Assembly (NCBI RefSeq): GCF_009914755.1
Contig: NC_060948.1
Reading direction: 5' to 3' (one strand)
From: the human T2T-CHM13v2.0 reference genome, Homo sapiens
DNA length: 64,000 nt
Shown here piece after piece: positions 1 to 19,698 of this stretch. The position numbers and the translations under genes were made by a program. The notes under the pieces are model-generated. The model was not told where the DNA came from, did not search any database, and saw nothing but the letters and a program-made list of their open reading frames with translations. The number at the start of each line of letters is the position of its first letter. The stretch's first letter is position 1.

Positions 1-25
1 GTTACATATAAGGCATAGCACATAA

Positions 26-340
<315 letters not shown>

Positions 341-910
341 AGATCCATATTTTTTAAATGAAAAAAAATTTCAAAGGTACTCTGCTTGGTACAATAATCA
401 AATGTATAAACTGAGGAATAAAACATAACCATGAAACCTACTTATAACTGCATATGGAAAATACAGAGGATAATTTTTTAAATAACATATTTTGAAAGCC
501 TTAACTAGTAATTTGAAGAGTTGGCATTTGAAAGGCCAGTATGAATATACCTTCAAAGCAGCAACACAGGTTCCCCATGAGAAAAAGCAAACACAGGGAA
601 AATAAAAACACAAAGGTTCAATCTCTTCTGACCTTTGAAAGACACAGCACAGACAGTGGTCCTTAGGACGAAGAGCAGGAGACCCCTAATTCCGTCACCA
701 TGGCGATAGGGCATAAACATTGCTGGGTGAGGGCACAATCCACATTGTGAGGTCCAACTGCTGCCAGGAAGACAGGAGTGCTTTTACATAGACCGAAAGG
801 TCATTGAAGGCTCAGAGTTTTCTTTCAAGAACTGAATCCCAAGCCCACACGTTATTAGGCTGCGCTTCTTAAAACAAGTTATGAGATGGGAAAAAGGGCA
901 CCCACAAACA
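341..910. repeat. HSATI-like mixed-composition segment of the DYZ2 unit (U1 shown; present at unit offset 341-910 in all 27 units)
   Basis: ~570-bp non-low-complexity block between the Alu 5' end and the AT-rich block. The HSATI name comes from the known DYZ2 composition, not from an alignment; boundaries are approximate. Confidence 0.75.
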
Positions 911-2760
<1,850 letters not shown>

Positions 2761-4865
2761 AGATCCATATTTTTTAAATGAAAAAAAATTTCAAAGGTAC
2801 TCTGCTTGGTACAATAATCAAATGTATAAACTGAGGAATAAAACATAACCATGAAACCTACTTATAACTGCATATGGAAAATACAGAGGATAATTTTTTA
2901 AATAACATATTTTGAAAGCCTTAACTAGTAATTTGAAGAGTTGGCATTTGAAAGGCCAGTATGAATATACCTTCAAAGCAGCAACACAGGTTCCCCATGA
3001 GAAAAAGCAAACACAGGGAAAATAAAACCACAAAGGTTCAATCTCTTCTGACCTTTGAAAGACACAGCACAGACAGTGGTCCTTAGGACGAAGAGCAGGA
3101 GACCCCTAATTCCGTCACCATGGCGATAGGGCATAAACATTGCTGGGTGAGGGCACAATCCACATTGTGAGGTCCAACTGCTGCCAGGAAGACAGGAGTG
3201 CTTTTACATAGACCGAAAGGTCATTGAAGGCTCAGAGTTTTGTTTCAAGAACTGAATCCCAAGCCCACACGTTATTAGGCTGCGCTTCTTAAAACAAGTT
3301 ATGAGATGGGAAAAAGGGCACCCACAAACATACGTATACATTATGTATATAATAATATACAGTATCATATATATAATATATATAACCTATGTATAATATT
3401 GTTTTACATCCTGCATCTTATGTTATATATATTGTATAAAATATAATAATTGATAATATATAAGTTTTATAATTATACAATATGACATATAGTATATATT
3501 ATAATTTATGATATATATAATATATGTTATATGTCATATATAGAATATATTATACGGTTAATATACGTATTAAATATAAATTATACATTATATATATTAT
3601 ATATAATATATCTGTTATATATAATACCCATTATGCATAATATATATATTATGTCTATGTTATATATAGTATAAAACAACATATAATAATATATTATTGT
3701 ATATATAAAATGCGACATATAATATATATTATATTTTATAACATATGTAATATATATTATATATTATATATAATACGTTGTATGTATAATACCTATATTA
3801 AATATATATTATATGACTATGTTATTAATTACATGTCACATGTGTTATATATTATATATTTTACATAGAATATACCGGTTACATACAATATATACTATGT
3901 TACCTATAATGTATAATTTATTACATGTAAAATAAACAATGCAATATATTATGTATAATTTATAATATACAATATGTGGAATGTGATATATATAACATAT
4001 AATATATGATATATGATATACAGTATATGATATATAACATACAATATATGATTCCTAATATATATGGTATACAATATATATTTTATGATATGTATTCTAT
4101 ATGTTTTATATTCTGTTATATATAACTATTTGAAATTATATATAACTGTATAATATTTTATGTAAATATGTAATATAATATATATAACTATATAATATAT
4201 TATATATAACTATATATTATGTTATATATACTTTTATAACATAATTTACATAAAATAGCATAATATAATATATATTATATTATTTCATATTACATAATAT
4301 ATATTACATATCACCCAATATAACTAACATACATAATATTATAATATAGATTATATTGTGTTATATTAAATATCATATATATCATGTATCATATATTCTA
4401 TAATATGTATTACACATTATATAATATGTATGTTGTCTATTATGTGATATATATAACTATATATATAATTATATTTTTATACATGTAACTAGATAAACAT
4501 GTAATTCTACATATTTTCATTTATAATATGTATAATTATATAATCATATATAATTATTTATATTCTATAAAAAATTTTATCATTATATAAATTATAATAT
4601 ATAAAAATTATAATATGTACTACAAATATATATATTATATATCATATATGATATAGTACCATTGTTATATTTCATAATACATATAAATGTGTATTATGTT
4701 ATCTATAATTATATAATTTCATATATAAGATGTATAATATGTATCATAAATTATATATGTTATGTAATATATATAGTATATATAAGATGACACAGGATAA
4801 ATATTATATACTATGACATATAAAATATATGAGGTTATATGTTACATATAAGGCATAGCACATAA

Positions 4866-5180
<315 letters not shown>

Positions 5181-7285
5181 AGATCCATATTTTTTAAATG
5201 AAAAAAAATTTCAAAGGTACTCTGCTTGGTACAATAATCAAATGTATAAACTGAGGAATAAAACATAACCATGAAACCTACTTATAACTGCATATGGAAA
5301 ATACAGAGGATAATTTTTTAAATAACATATTTTGAAAGCCTTAACTAGTAATTTGAAGAGTTGGCATTTGAAAGGCCAGTATGAATATACCTTCAAAGCA
5401 GCAACACAGGTTCCCCATGAGAAAAAGCAAACACAGGGAAAATAAAAACACAAAGGTTCAATCTCTTCTGACCTTTGAAAGACACAGCACAGACAGTGGT
5501 CCTTAGGACGAAGAGCAGGAGACCCCTAATTCCGTCACCATGGCGATAGGGCATAAACATTGCTGGGTGAGGGCACAATCCACATTGTGAGGTCCAACTG
5601 CTGCCAGGAAGACAGGAGTGCTTTTACATAGACCGAAAGGTCATTGAAGGCTCAGAGTTTTCTTTCAAGAACTGAATCCCAAGCCCACACGTTATTAGGC
5701 TGCGCTTCTTAAAACAAGTTATGAGATGGGAAAAAGGGCACCCACAAACATACGTATACATTATGTGTATAATAATATACAGTATCATATATATAATATA
5801 TATAACCTATGTATAATATTGTTTTACATCCTGCATCTTATGTTATATATATTGTATAAAATATAATAATTGATAATATATAAGTTTTATAATTATACAA
5901 TATGACATATAGTATATATTATAATTTATGACATATATAATATATGTTATATGTCATATATAGAATATATTATACGGTTAATATACGTATTAAATATAAA
6001 TTATACATTATATATATTATATATAATATATCTGTTATATATAATACCCATTATGCATAATATATATATTATGTCTATGTTATATATAGTATAAAACAAC
6101 ATATAATAATATATAATTGTATATATAAAATGCGACATATAATATATATTATATTTTATAACATATGTAATATATATTATATATTATATATAATACGTTG
6201 TATGTATAATACCAATATTAAATATATATTATATGACTATGTTATTAATTACATGTCACATGTGTTATATATTATATATTTTACATAGAATATACCGGTT
6301 ACATACAATATATACTATGTTACCTATAATGTATAATTTATTACATGTAAAATAAACAATGCAATATATTATGTATAATATATAATATACAATATGTGGA
6401 ATGTGATATATATAACATATAATATATGATATATGATATACAGTATATGATATATAACATACAATATATGATTCCTAATATATATGGTATACAATATATA
6501 TTTTATGATATGTATTCTATATGTTTTATATTCTGTTATATATAACTATTTGAAATTATATATAACTGTATAATATTTTATGTAAATATGTAATATAATA
6601 TATATAACTATATAATATATTATATATAACTATATATTATGTTATATATACTTTTATAACATAATTTACATAAAATAGCATAATATAATATATATTATAT
6701 TATTTCATATTACATAATATATATTACATATCACCCAATATAACTAACATACATAATATTATAATATAGATTATATTGTGTTATATTAAATATCATATAT
6801 ATCATGTATCATATATTCTATAATATGTATTACACATTATATAATATGTATGTTGTCTATTATGTGATATATATAACTATATATATAATTATATTTTTAT
6901 ACATGTAACTAGATAAACATGTAATTCTACATATTTTCATTTATAATATGTATAATTATATAATCATATATAATTATTTATATTCTATAAAAAATTTTAT
7001 CATTATATAAATTATAATATATAAAAATTATAATATGTACTACAAATATATATATTATATATCATATATGATATAGTACCATTGTTATATTTCATAATAC
7101 ATATAAATGTGTATTATGTTATCTATAATTATATAATTTCATATATAAGATGTATAATATGTATCATAAATTATATATGTTATGTAATATATATAGTATA
7201 TATAAGATGACACAGGATAAATATTATATACTATGACATATAAAATATATGAGGTTATATGTTACATATAAGGCATAGCACATAA

Positions 7286-7600
<315 letters not shown>

Positions 7601-9705
7601 AGATCCATATTTTTTAAATGAAAAAAAATTTCAAAGGTACTCTGCTTGGTACAATAATCAAATGTATAAACTGAGGAATAAAACATAACCATGAAACCTA
7701 CTTATAACTGCATATGGAAAATACAGAGGATAATTTTTTAAATAACATATTTTGAAAGCCTTAACTAGTAATTTGAAGAGTTGGCATTTGAAAGGCCAGT
7801 ATGAATATACCTTCAAAGCAGCAACACAGGTTCCCCATGAGAAAAAGCAAACACAGGGAAAATAAAAACACAAAGGTTCAATCTCTTCTGACCTTTGAAA
7901 GACACAGCACAGACAGTGGTCCTTAGGACGAAGAGCAGGAGACCCCTAATTCCGTCACCATGGCGATAGGGCATAAACATTGCTGGGTGAGGGCACAATC
8001 CACATTGTGAGGTCCAACTGCTGCCAGGAAGACAGGAGTGCTTTTACATAGACCGAAAGGTCATTGAAGGCTCAGAGTTTTCTTTCAAGAACTGAATCCC
8101 AAGCCCACACGTTATTAGGCTGCGCTTCTTAAAACAAGTTATGAGATGGGAAAAAGGGCACCCACAAACATACGTATACATTATGTGTATAATAATATAC
8201 AGTATCATATATATAATATATATAACCTATGTATAATATTGTTTTACATCCTGCATCTTATGTTATATATATTGTATAAAATATAATAATTGATAATATA
8301 TAAGTTTTATAATTATACAATATGACATATAGTATATATTATAATTTATGACATATATAATATATGTTATATGTCATATATAGAATATATTATACGGTTA
8401 ATATACGTATTAAATATAAATTATACATTATATATATTATATATAATATATCTGTTATATATAATACCCATTATGCATAATATATATATTATGTCTATGT
8501 TATATATAGTATAAAACAACATATAATAATATATAATTGTATATATAAAATGCGACATATAATATATATTATATTTTATAACATATGTAATATATATTAT
8601 ATATTATATATAATACGTTGTATGTATAATACCAATATTAAATATATATTATATGACTATGTTATTAATTACATGTCACATGTGTTATATATTATATATT
8701 TTACATAGAATATACCGGTTACATACAATATATACTATGTTACCTATAATGTATAATTTATTACATGTAAAATAAACAATGCAATATATTATGTATAATA
8801 TATAATATACAATATGTGGAATGTGATATATATAACATATAATATATGATATATGATATACAGTATATGATATATAACATACAATATATGATTCCTAATA
8901 TATATGGTATACAATATATATTTTATGATATGTATTCTATATGTTTTATATTCTGTTATATATAACTATTTGAAATTATATATAACTGTATAATATTTTA
9001 TGTAAATATGTAATATAATATATATAACTATATAATATATTATATATAACTATATATTATGTTATATATACTTTTATAACATAATTTACATAAAATATCA
9101 TAATATAATATATATTATATTATTTCATATTACATAATATATATTACATATCACCCAATATAACTAACATACATAATATTATAATATAGATTATATTGTG
9201 TTATATTAAATATCATATATATCATGTATCATATATTCTATAATATGTATTACACATTATATAATATGTATGTTGTCTATTATGTGATATATATAACTAT
9301 ATATATAATTATATTTTTATACATGTAACTAGATAAACATGTAATTCTACATATTTTCATTTATAATATGTATAATTATATAATCATATATAATTATTTA
9401 TATTCTATAAAAAATTTTATCATTATATAAATTATAATATATAAAAATTATAATATGTACTACAAATATATATATTATATATCATATATGATATAGTACC
9501 ATTGTTATATTTCATAATACATATAAATGTGTATTATGTTATCTATAATTATATAATTTCATATATAAGATGTATAATATGTATCATAAATTATATATGT
9601 TATGTAATATATATAGTATATATAAGATGACACAGGATAAATATTATATACTATGACATATAAAATATATGAGGTTATATGTTACATATAAGGCATAGCA
9701 CATAA

Positions 9706-10020
<315 letters not shown>

Positions 10021-12123
10021 AGATCCATATTTTTTAAATGAAAAAAAATTTCAAAGGTACTCTGCTTGGTACAATAATCAAATGTATAAACTGAGGAATA
10101 AAACATAACCATGAAACCTACTTATAACTGCATATGGAAAATACAGAGGATAATTTTTTAAATAACATATTTTGAAAGCCTTAACTAGTAATTTGAAGAG
10201 TTGGCATTTGAAAGGCCAGTATGAATATACCTTCAAAGCAGCAACACAGGTTCCCCATGAGAAAAAGCAAACACAGGGAAAATAAAAACACAAAGGTTCA
10301 ATCTCTTCTGACCTTTGAAAGACACAGCACAGACAGTGGTCCTTAGGACGAAGAGCAGGAGACCCCTAATTCCGTCACCATGGCGATAGGGCATAAACAT
10401 TGCTGGGTGAGGGCACAATCCACATTGTGAGGTCCAACTGCTGCCAGGAAGACAGGAGTGCTTTTACATAGACCGAAAGGTCATTGAAGGCTCAGAGTTT
10501 TCTTTCAAGAACTGAATCCCAAGCCCACACGTTATTAGGCTGCGCTTCTTAAAACAAGTTATGAGATGGGAAAAAGGGCACCCACAAACATACGTATACA
10601 TTATGTGTATAATAATATACAGTATCATATATATAATATATATAACCTATGTATAATATTGTTTTACATCCTGCATCTTATGTTATATATATTGTATAAA
10701 ATATAATAATTGATAATATATAAGTTTTATAATTATACAATATGACATATAGTATATATTATAATTTATGACATATATAATATATGTTATATGTCATATA
10801 TAGAATATATTATACGGTTAATATACGTATTAAATATAAATTATACATTATATATATTATATATAATATATCTGTTATATATAATACCCATTATGCATAA
10901 TATATATATTATGTCTATGTTATATATAGTATAAAACAACATATAATAATATATAATTGTATATATAAAATGCGACATATAATATATATTATATTTTATA
11001 ACATATGTAATATATATTATATATTATATATAATACGTTGTATGTATAATACCAATATTAAATATATATTATATGACTATGTTATTAATTACATGTCACA
11101 TGTGTTATATATTATATATTTTACATAGAATATACCGGTTACATACAATATATACTATGTTACCTATAATGTATAATTTATTACATGTAAAATAAACAAT
11201 GCAATATATTATGTATAATATATAATATACAATATGTGGAATGTGATATATATAACATATAATATATGATATATGATATACAGTATATGATATATAACAT
11301 ACAATATATGATTCCTAATATATATGGTATACAATATATATTTTATGATATGTATTCTATATGTTTTATATTCTGTTATATATAACTATTTGAAATTATA
11401 TATAACTGTATAATATTTTATGTAAATATGTAATATAATATATATAACTATATAATATATTATATATAACTATATATTATGTTATATATACTTTTATAAC
11501 ATAATTTACATAAAATATCATAATATAATATATATTATATTATTTCATATTACATAATATATATTACATATCACCCAATATAACTAACATACATAATATT
11601 ATAATATAGATTATATTGTGTTATATTAAATATCATATATATCATGTATCATATATTCTATAATATGTATTACACATTATATAATATGTATGTTGTCTAT
11701 TATGTGATATATATAACTATATATAATTATATTTTTATACATATAACTAGATAAACATGTAATTCTACATATTTTCATTTATAATATGTATAATTATATA
11801 ATCATATATAATTATTTATATTCTATAAAAAATTTTATCATTATATAAATTATAATATATAAAAATTATAATATGTACTACAAATGTATATATTATATAT
11901 CATATATGATATAGTACCATTGTTATATTTCATAATACATATAAATGTGTATTATGTTATCTATAATTATATAATTTCATATATAAGATGTATAATGTGT
12001 ATCATAAATTATATATGTTATGTAATATATATAGTATATATAAGATGACACAGGATAAATATTATATACTATGACATATAAAATATATGAGGTTATATGT
12101 TACATATAAGGCATAGCACATAA

Positions 12124-12438
<315 letters not shown>

Positions 12439-14566
12439 AGATCCATATTTTTTAAATGAAAAAAAATTTCAAAGGTACTCTGCTTGGTACAATAATCAAA
12501 TGTATAAACTGAGGAATAAAACATAACCATGAAACCTACTTATAACTGCATATGGAAAATACAGAGGATAATTTTTTAAATAACATATTTTGAAAGCCTT
12601 AACTAGTAATTTGAAGAGTTGGCATTTGAAAGGCCAGTATGAATATACCTTCAAAGCAGCAACACAGGTTCCCCATGAGAAAAAGCAAACACAGGGAAAA
12701 TAAAAACACAAAGGTTCAATCTCTTCTGACCTTTGAAAGACACAGCACAGACAGTGGTCCTTAGGACGAAGAGCAGGAGACCCCTAATTCCGTCACCATG
12801 GCGATAGGGCATAAACATTGCTGGGTGAGGGCACAATCCACATTGTGAGGTCCAACTGCTGCCAGGAAGACAGGAGTGCTTTTACATAGACCGAAAGGTC
12901 ATTGAAGGCTCAGAGTTTTCTTTCAAGAACTGAATCCCAAGCCCACACGTTATTAGGCTGCGCTTCTTAAAACAAGTTATGAGATGGGAAAAAGGGCACC
13001 CACAAACATACGTATACATTATGTATATAATAATATACAGTATCATATATATAATATATATAACCTATGTATAATATTGTTTTACATCCTGCATCTTATG
13101 TTATATATATTGTATAAAATATAATAATTGATAATATATAAGTTTTATAATTATACAATATGACATATAGTATATATTATAATTTATGACATATATAATA
13201 TATGTTATATGTCATATATAGAATATATTATACGGTTAATATACGTATTAAATATAAATTATACATTATATATATTATATATAATATATCTGTTATATAT
13301 AATACCCATTATGCATAATATATATATTATGTCTATGTTATATATAGTATAAAACAACATATAATAATATATAATTGTATATATAAAATGCGACATATAA
13401 TATATATTATATTTTATAACATATGTAATATATATTACATATTATATATAATACGTTGTATGTATAATACCTATATTAAATATATATTATATGACTATGT
13501 TATTAATTACGTGTCACATGTGTTATATATTATATATTTTACATAGAATATACCGGTTACATACAATATATACTATGTTACCTATAATGTATAATTTATT
13601 ACATGTAAAATAAACAATGCAATATATTATGTATAATTTATAATATACAATATGTGGAATGTGATATATATAACATATAATATATGATATATGATATACA
13701 GTATATGATATATAACATACAATATATGATTCCTAATATATATGGTATACAATATATATTTTATGATATGTATTCTATATGTTTTATATTCTGTTATATA
13801 TAACTATTTGAAATTATATATAACTGTATAATATTTTATGTAAATATGTAATATAATATATATAACTATATAATATATTATATATAACTATATATTATGT
13901 TATATATACTTTTATAACATAATTTACATAAAATATCATAATATAATATATATTATATTATTTCATATTACATAATATATATTACATATCACCCAATATA
14001 ACTAACATACATAATATTATAATATAGATTATATTGTGTTATATTAAATATCATATATATCATGTATCATATATTCTATAATATATATTACACATTATAT
14101 AATATGTATGTTGTCTATTATGTGATATATATAACTATATATATAATTATATTTTTATACATATAACTAGATAAACATGTAATTCTACATATTTTCATTT
14201 ATAATATGTATAATTATATAATCATATATAATTATTTATATTCTATAAAAAATTTTATCATTATATAAATTATAATATATAAAAATTATAATATGTACTA
14301 CAAATATATATATTATATATCATATATGATATAGTACTATTGTTATATTTCATAATACATATAAATGTGTATTATGTTATCTATAATTATATAATTTCAT
14401 ATATAAGATGTATAATATGTATCATAAAATATATATGTTGTGTAATATATATAGTATATATAAGATGACACAGGATAAATATTATATACTATGACATATA
14501 AAATATATGAGGTTATATGTTACATATAAGGCATAGCACATAACATGTAATATATATCATATATAA

Positions 14567-14858
14567 TTTTTTTTTAGACAGAATCTTGTCCTGTTGCACA
14601 GGGTGGGGTACAATGGCGCCATCTTTGCTGACTGCAAATTCTGCCTCACGGGTCCAAGCGATTGTCCTCCCTCAGCCTCCCAGGTAGCTGGGACTACACC
14701 ACACTGGGACTACACCAGCTGCCACCATGCCTAGCTAATTTTTTGGATTTTTAGTAGTGACAGCGTTTCACTGTATTGGCCAGGATGGTCTTGATCTCTT
14801 CACCTTGTGATCCCCTTGCCTTGGCCTCCAAATTTGCTGGGATTACAGGCCTGAGCCA
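14567..14858 (-). mobile_element. Diverged Alu, U7
   Basis: Copy with gctgactgcaaa variant. Confidence 0.95.
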
Positions 14859-16986
14859 AGATCCATATTTTTTAAATGAAAAAAAATTTCAAAGGTACTC
14901 TGCTTGGTACAATAATCAAATGTATAAACTGAGGAATAAAACATAACCATGAAACCTACTTATAACTGCATATGGAAAATACAGAGGATAATTTTTTAAA
15001 TAACATATTTTGAAAGCCTTAACTAGTAATTTGAAGAGTTGGCATTTGAAAGGCCAGTATGAATATACCTTCAAAGCAGCAACACAGGTTCCCCATGAGA
15101 AAAAGCAAACACAGGGAAAATAAAAACACAAAGGTTCAATCTCTTCTGACCTTTGAAAGACACAGCACAGACAGTGGTCCTTAGGACGAAGAGCAGGAGA
15201 CCCCTAATTCCGTCACCATGGTGATAGGGCATAAACATTGCTGGGTGAGGGCACAATCCACATTGTGAGGTCCAACTGCTGCCAGGAAGACAGGAGTGCT
15301 TTTACATAGACCGAAAGGTCATTGAAGGCTCAGAGTTTTGTTTCAAGAACTGAATCCCAAGCCCACACGTTATTAGGCTGCGCTTCTTAAAACAAGTTAT
15401 GAGATGGGAAAAAGGGCACCCACAAACATACGTATACATTATGTATATAATAATATACAGTATCATATATATAATATATATAACCTATGTATAATATTGT
15501 TTTACATCCTGCATCTTATGTTATATATATTGTATAAAATATAATATTTGATAATATATAAGTTTTATAATTATACAATATGACATATAGTATATATTAT
15601 AATTTATGACATATATAATATATGTTATATGTCATATATAGAATATATTATACGGTTAATATACGTATTAAATATAAATTATACATTATATATATTATAT
15701 ATAATATATCTGTTATATATAATACCCATTATGCATAATATATATATTATGTCTATGTTATATATAGTATAAAACAACATATAATAATATATAATTGTAT
15801 ATATAAAATGCGACATATAATATATATTATATTTTATAACATATGTAATATATATTATATATTATATATAATACGTTGTATGTATAATACCTATATTAAA
15901 TATATATTATATGACTATGTTATTAATTACGTGTCACATGTGTTATATATTATATATTTTACATAGAATATACCGGTTACATACAATATATACTATGTTA
16001 CCTATAATGTATAATTTATTACATGTAAAATAAACAATGCAATATATTATGTATAATTTATAATATACAATATGTGGAATGTGATATATATAACATATAA
16101 TATATGATATATGATATACAGTATATGATATATAACATACAATATATGATTCCTAATATATATGGTATACAATATATATTTTATGATATGTATTCTATAT
16201 GTTTTATATTCTGTTATATATAACTATTTGAAATTATATATAACTGTATAATATTTTATGTAAATATGTAATATAATATATATAACTATATAATATATTA
16301 TATATAACTATATATTATGTTATATATACTTTTATAACATAATTTACATAAAATATCATAATATAATATATATTATATTATTTCATATTACATAATATAT
16401 ATTACATATCACCCAATATAACTAACATACATAATATTATAATATAGATTATATTGTGTTATATTAAATATCATATATATCATGTATCATATATTCTATA
16501 ATATATATTACACATTATATAATATGTATGTTGTCTATTATGTGATATATATAACTATATATATAATTATATTTTTATACATATAACTAGATAAACATGT
16601 AATTCTACATATTTTCATTTATAATATGTATAATTATATAATCATATATAATTATTTATATTCTATAAAAAATTTTATCATTATATAAATTATAATATAT
16701 AAAAATTATAATATGTACTACAAATATATATATTATATATCATATATGATATAGTACTATTGTTATATTTCATAATACATATAAATGTGTATTATGTTAT
16801 CTATAATTATATAATTTCATATATAAGATGTATAATATGTATCATAAATTATATATGTTGTGTAATATATATAGTATATATAAGATGACACAGGATAAAT
16901 ATTATATACTATGACATATAAAATATATGAGGTTATATGTTACATATAAGGCATAGCACATAACATGTAATATATATCATATATAA

Positions 16987-17278
16987 TTTTTTTTTAGACA
17001 GAATCTTGTCCTGTTGCACAGGGTGGGGTACAATGGCGCCATCTTTGCTGACTGCAAATTCTGCCTCACGGGTCCAAGCGATTGTCCTCCCTCAGCCTCC
17101 CAGGTAGCTGGGACTACACCACACTGGGACTACACCAGCTGCCACCATGCCTAGCTAATTTTTTGGATTTTTAGTAGTGACAGCGTTTCACTGTATTGGC
17201 CAGGATGGTCTTGATCTCTTCACCTTGTGATCCCCTTGCCTTGGCCTCCAAATTTGCTGGGATTACAGGCCTGAGCCA
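16987..17278 (-). mobile_element. Diverged Alu, U8
   Basis: Copy with gctgactgcaaa variant. Confidence 0.95.
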
Positions 17279-19406
17279 AGATCCATATTTTGTAAATGAA
17301 AAAAAATTTCAAAGGTACTCTGCTTGGTACAATAATCAAATGTATAAACTGAGGAATAAAACATAACCATGAAACCTACTTATAACTGCATATGGAAAAT
17401 ACAGAGGATAATTTTTTAAATAACATATTTTGAAAGCCTTAACTAGTAATTTGAAGAGTTGGCATTTGAAAGGCCAGTATGAATATACCTTCAAAGCAGC
17501 AACACAGGTTCCCCATGAGAAAAAGCAAACACAGGGAAAATAAAAACACAAAGGTTCAATCTCTTCTGACCTTTGAAAGACACAGCACAGACAGTGGTCC
17601 TTAGGACGAAGAGCAGGAGACCCCTAATTCCGTCACCATGGCGATAGGGCATAAACATTGCTGGGTGAGGGCACAATCCACATTGTGAGGTCCAACTGCT
17701 GCCAGGAAGACAGGAGTGCTTTTACATAGACCGAAAGGTCATTGAAGGCTCAGAGTTTTGTTTCAAGAACTGAATCCCAAGCCCACACGTTATTAGGCTG
17801 CGCTTCTTAAAACAAGTTATGAGATGGGAAAAAGGGCACCCACAAACATACGTATACATTATGTATATAATAATATACAGTATCATATATATAATATATA
17901 TAACCTATGTATAATATTGTTTTACATCCTGCATCTAATGTTATATATATTGTATAAAATATAATAATTGATAATATATAAGTTTTATAATTATACAATA
18001 TGACATATAGTATATATTATAATTTATGACATATATAATATATGTTATATGTCATATATAGAATATATTATACGGTTAATATACGTATTAAATATAAATT
18101 ATACATTATATATATTATATATAATATATCTGTTATATATAATACCCATTATGCATAATATATATATTATGTCTATGTTATATATAGCATAAAAAAACAT
18201 ATAATAATATATAATTGTATATATAAAATGCGACATATAATATATATTATATTTTATTACATATGTAATATATATTATATATTATATATAATACGTTGTA
18301 TGTATAATACCTATATTAAATATATATTATATGACTATGTTATTAATTACATGTCACATGCGTTATATATTATATATTTTATATAGAATATACCGGTTAC
18401 ATACAATATATACTATGTTACCTATAATGTATAATTTATTACATGTAAAATAAAGAATGCAATATATTATGTAAAATTTATAATATACCATATGTGGAAT
18501 GTGATACATATAACATATAATATATGATATATGATGTACAGTATATGATATATAACATACAATATATGATTCCTAATATATATGGTATACAATATATATT
18601 TTATGATATGTATTCTATATGTTTTATATTCTGTTATATATAACTATTTGAAATTATATATAACTGTATAATATTTTATGTAAATATGTAATATAATATA
18701 TATAACTATAAAATATATTATATATAACTATATATTATGTTATATATACTTTTATAACATAATTTACATAAAATATCATAATATAATATATATTATATTA
18801 TTTCATATTACATAATATATATTACATATCACCCAATATAACTAACATACATAATATTATAATATAGATTATATTATGTTATATTAAATATCATATATAT
18901 CATGTATCATATATTCTATAATATATATTACACCTTATATAATATGTATGTTGTCTATTATGTGATATATATAACTATATATATAATTATATTTTTATAC
19001 ATATAACTAGACAAACATGTAATTCTACATATTTTCATTTATAATATGTAGAATTATATAATCATATATAATTATTTATATTCTATAAAAAATTTTATCA
19101 TTATATAAATTATAATATATAAAAATTATAATATGTACTACAAATATATATATTATATATCATATATGATATAGTACCTTTGTTATATATCATAATACAT
19201 ATAAATGTGTATTATGTTATCTATAATTATATAATTTCATATATAAGATGTATAATATGTATCATATATTATATATGTTATGTAATATATATAGTATATA
19301 TAAGATGACACAGGATAAATATTATATACTATGACATATAAAATATATGAGGTTATATGTTACATATAAGGCATAGCACATAACATGTAATATATATCAT
19401 ATATAA

Positions 19407-19698
19407 TTTTTTTTTAGACAGAATCTTGTCCTGTTGCACAGGGTGGGGTACAATGGCGCCATCTTTGCTCACTGCAACTTCTGCCTCATGGGTCCAAGCG
19501 ATTGTCCTCCCTCAGCCTCCCAGGTAGCTGGGACTACACCACACTGGGACTACACCAGCTGCCACCATGCCTAGCTAATTATTTGGATTTTTAGTAGTGA
19601 CAGCGTTTCACTGTATTGGCCAGGATGGTCTTGACCTCTTCACCTTCTGATCCCCTTGCCTTGGCCTCCAAATTTGCTGGGATTACAGGCCTGAGCCA
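19407..19698 (-). mobile_element. Diverged Alu, U9
   Basis: Copy with ctcatggg, taattatttgg, ttgacctc and cttctgat variants. Confidence 0.95.

Noticed and set aside
348-375. T-run/A-run pseudo-hairpin next to the Alu 5' end
   Set aside because: Weak AT-only pairing; not a supportable terminator or structural element.
398-738. 71-aa and 61-aa minus-strand ORFs repeated in all 27 units
   Set aside because: Short and overlapping, with non-ATG starts (reverse complements read GTG/TTG-type) and no recognisable domain. Their conservation simply reflects near-identical satellite units.
17807-17998. 63-aa Tyr/Ile-rich ORF (also at 42002, 49262 and 61360)
   Set aside because: Arises from one T>A substitution (17937) removing a stop codon in AT-rich low-complexity DNA; useful only as a type A unit marker.
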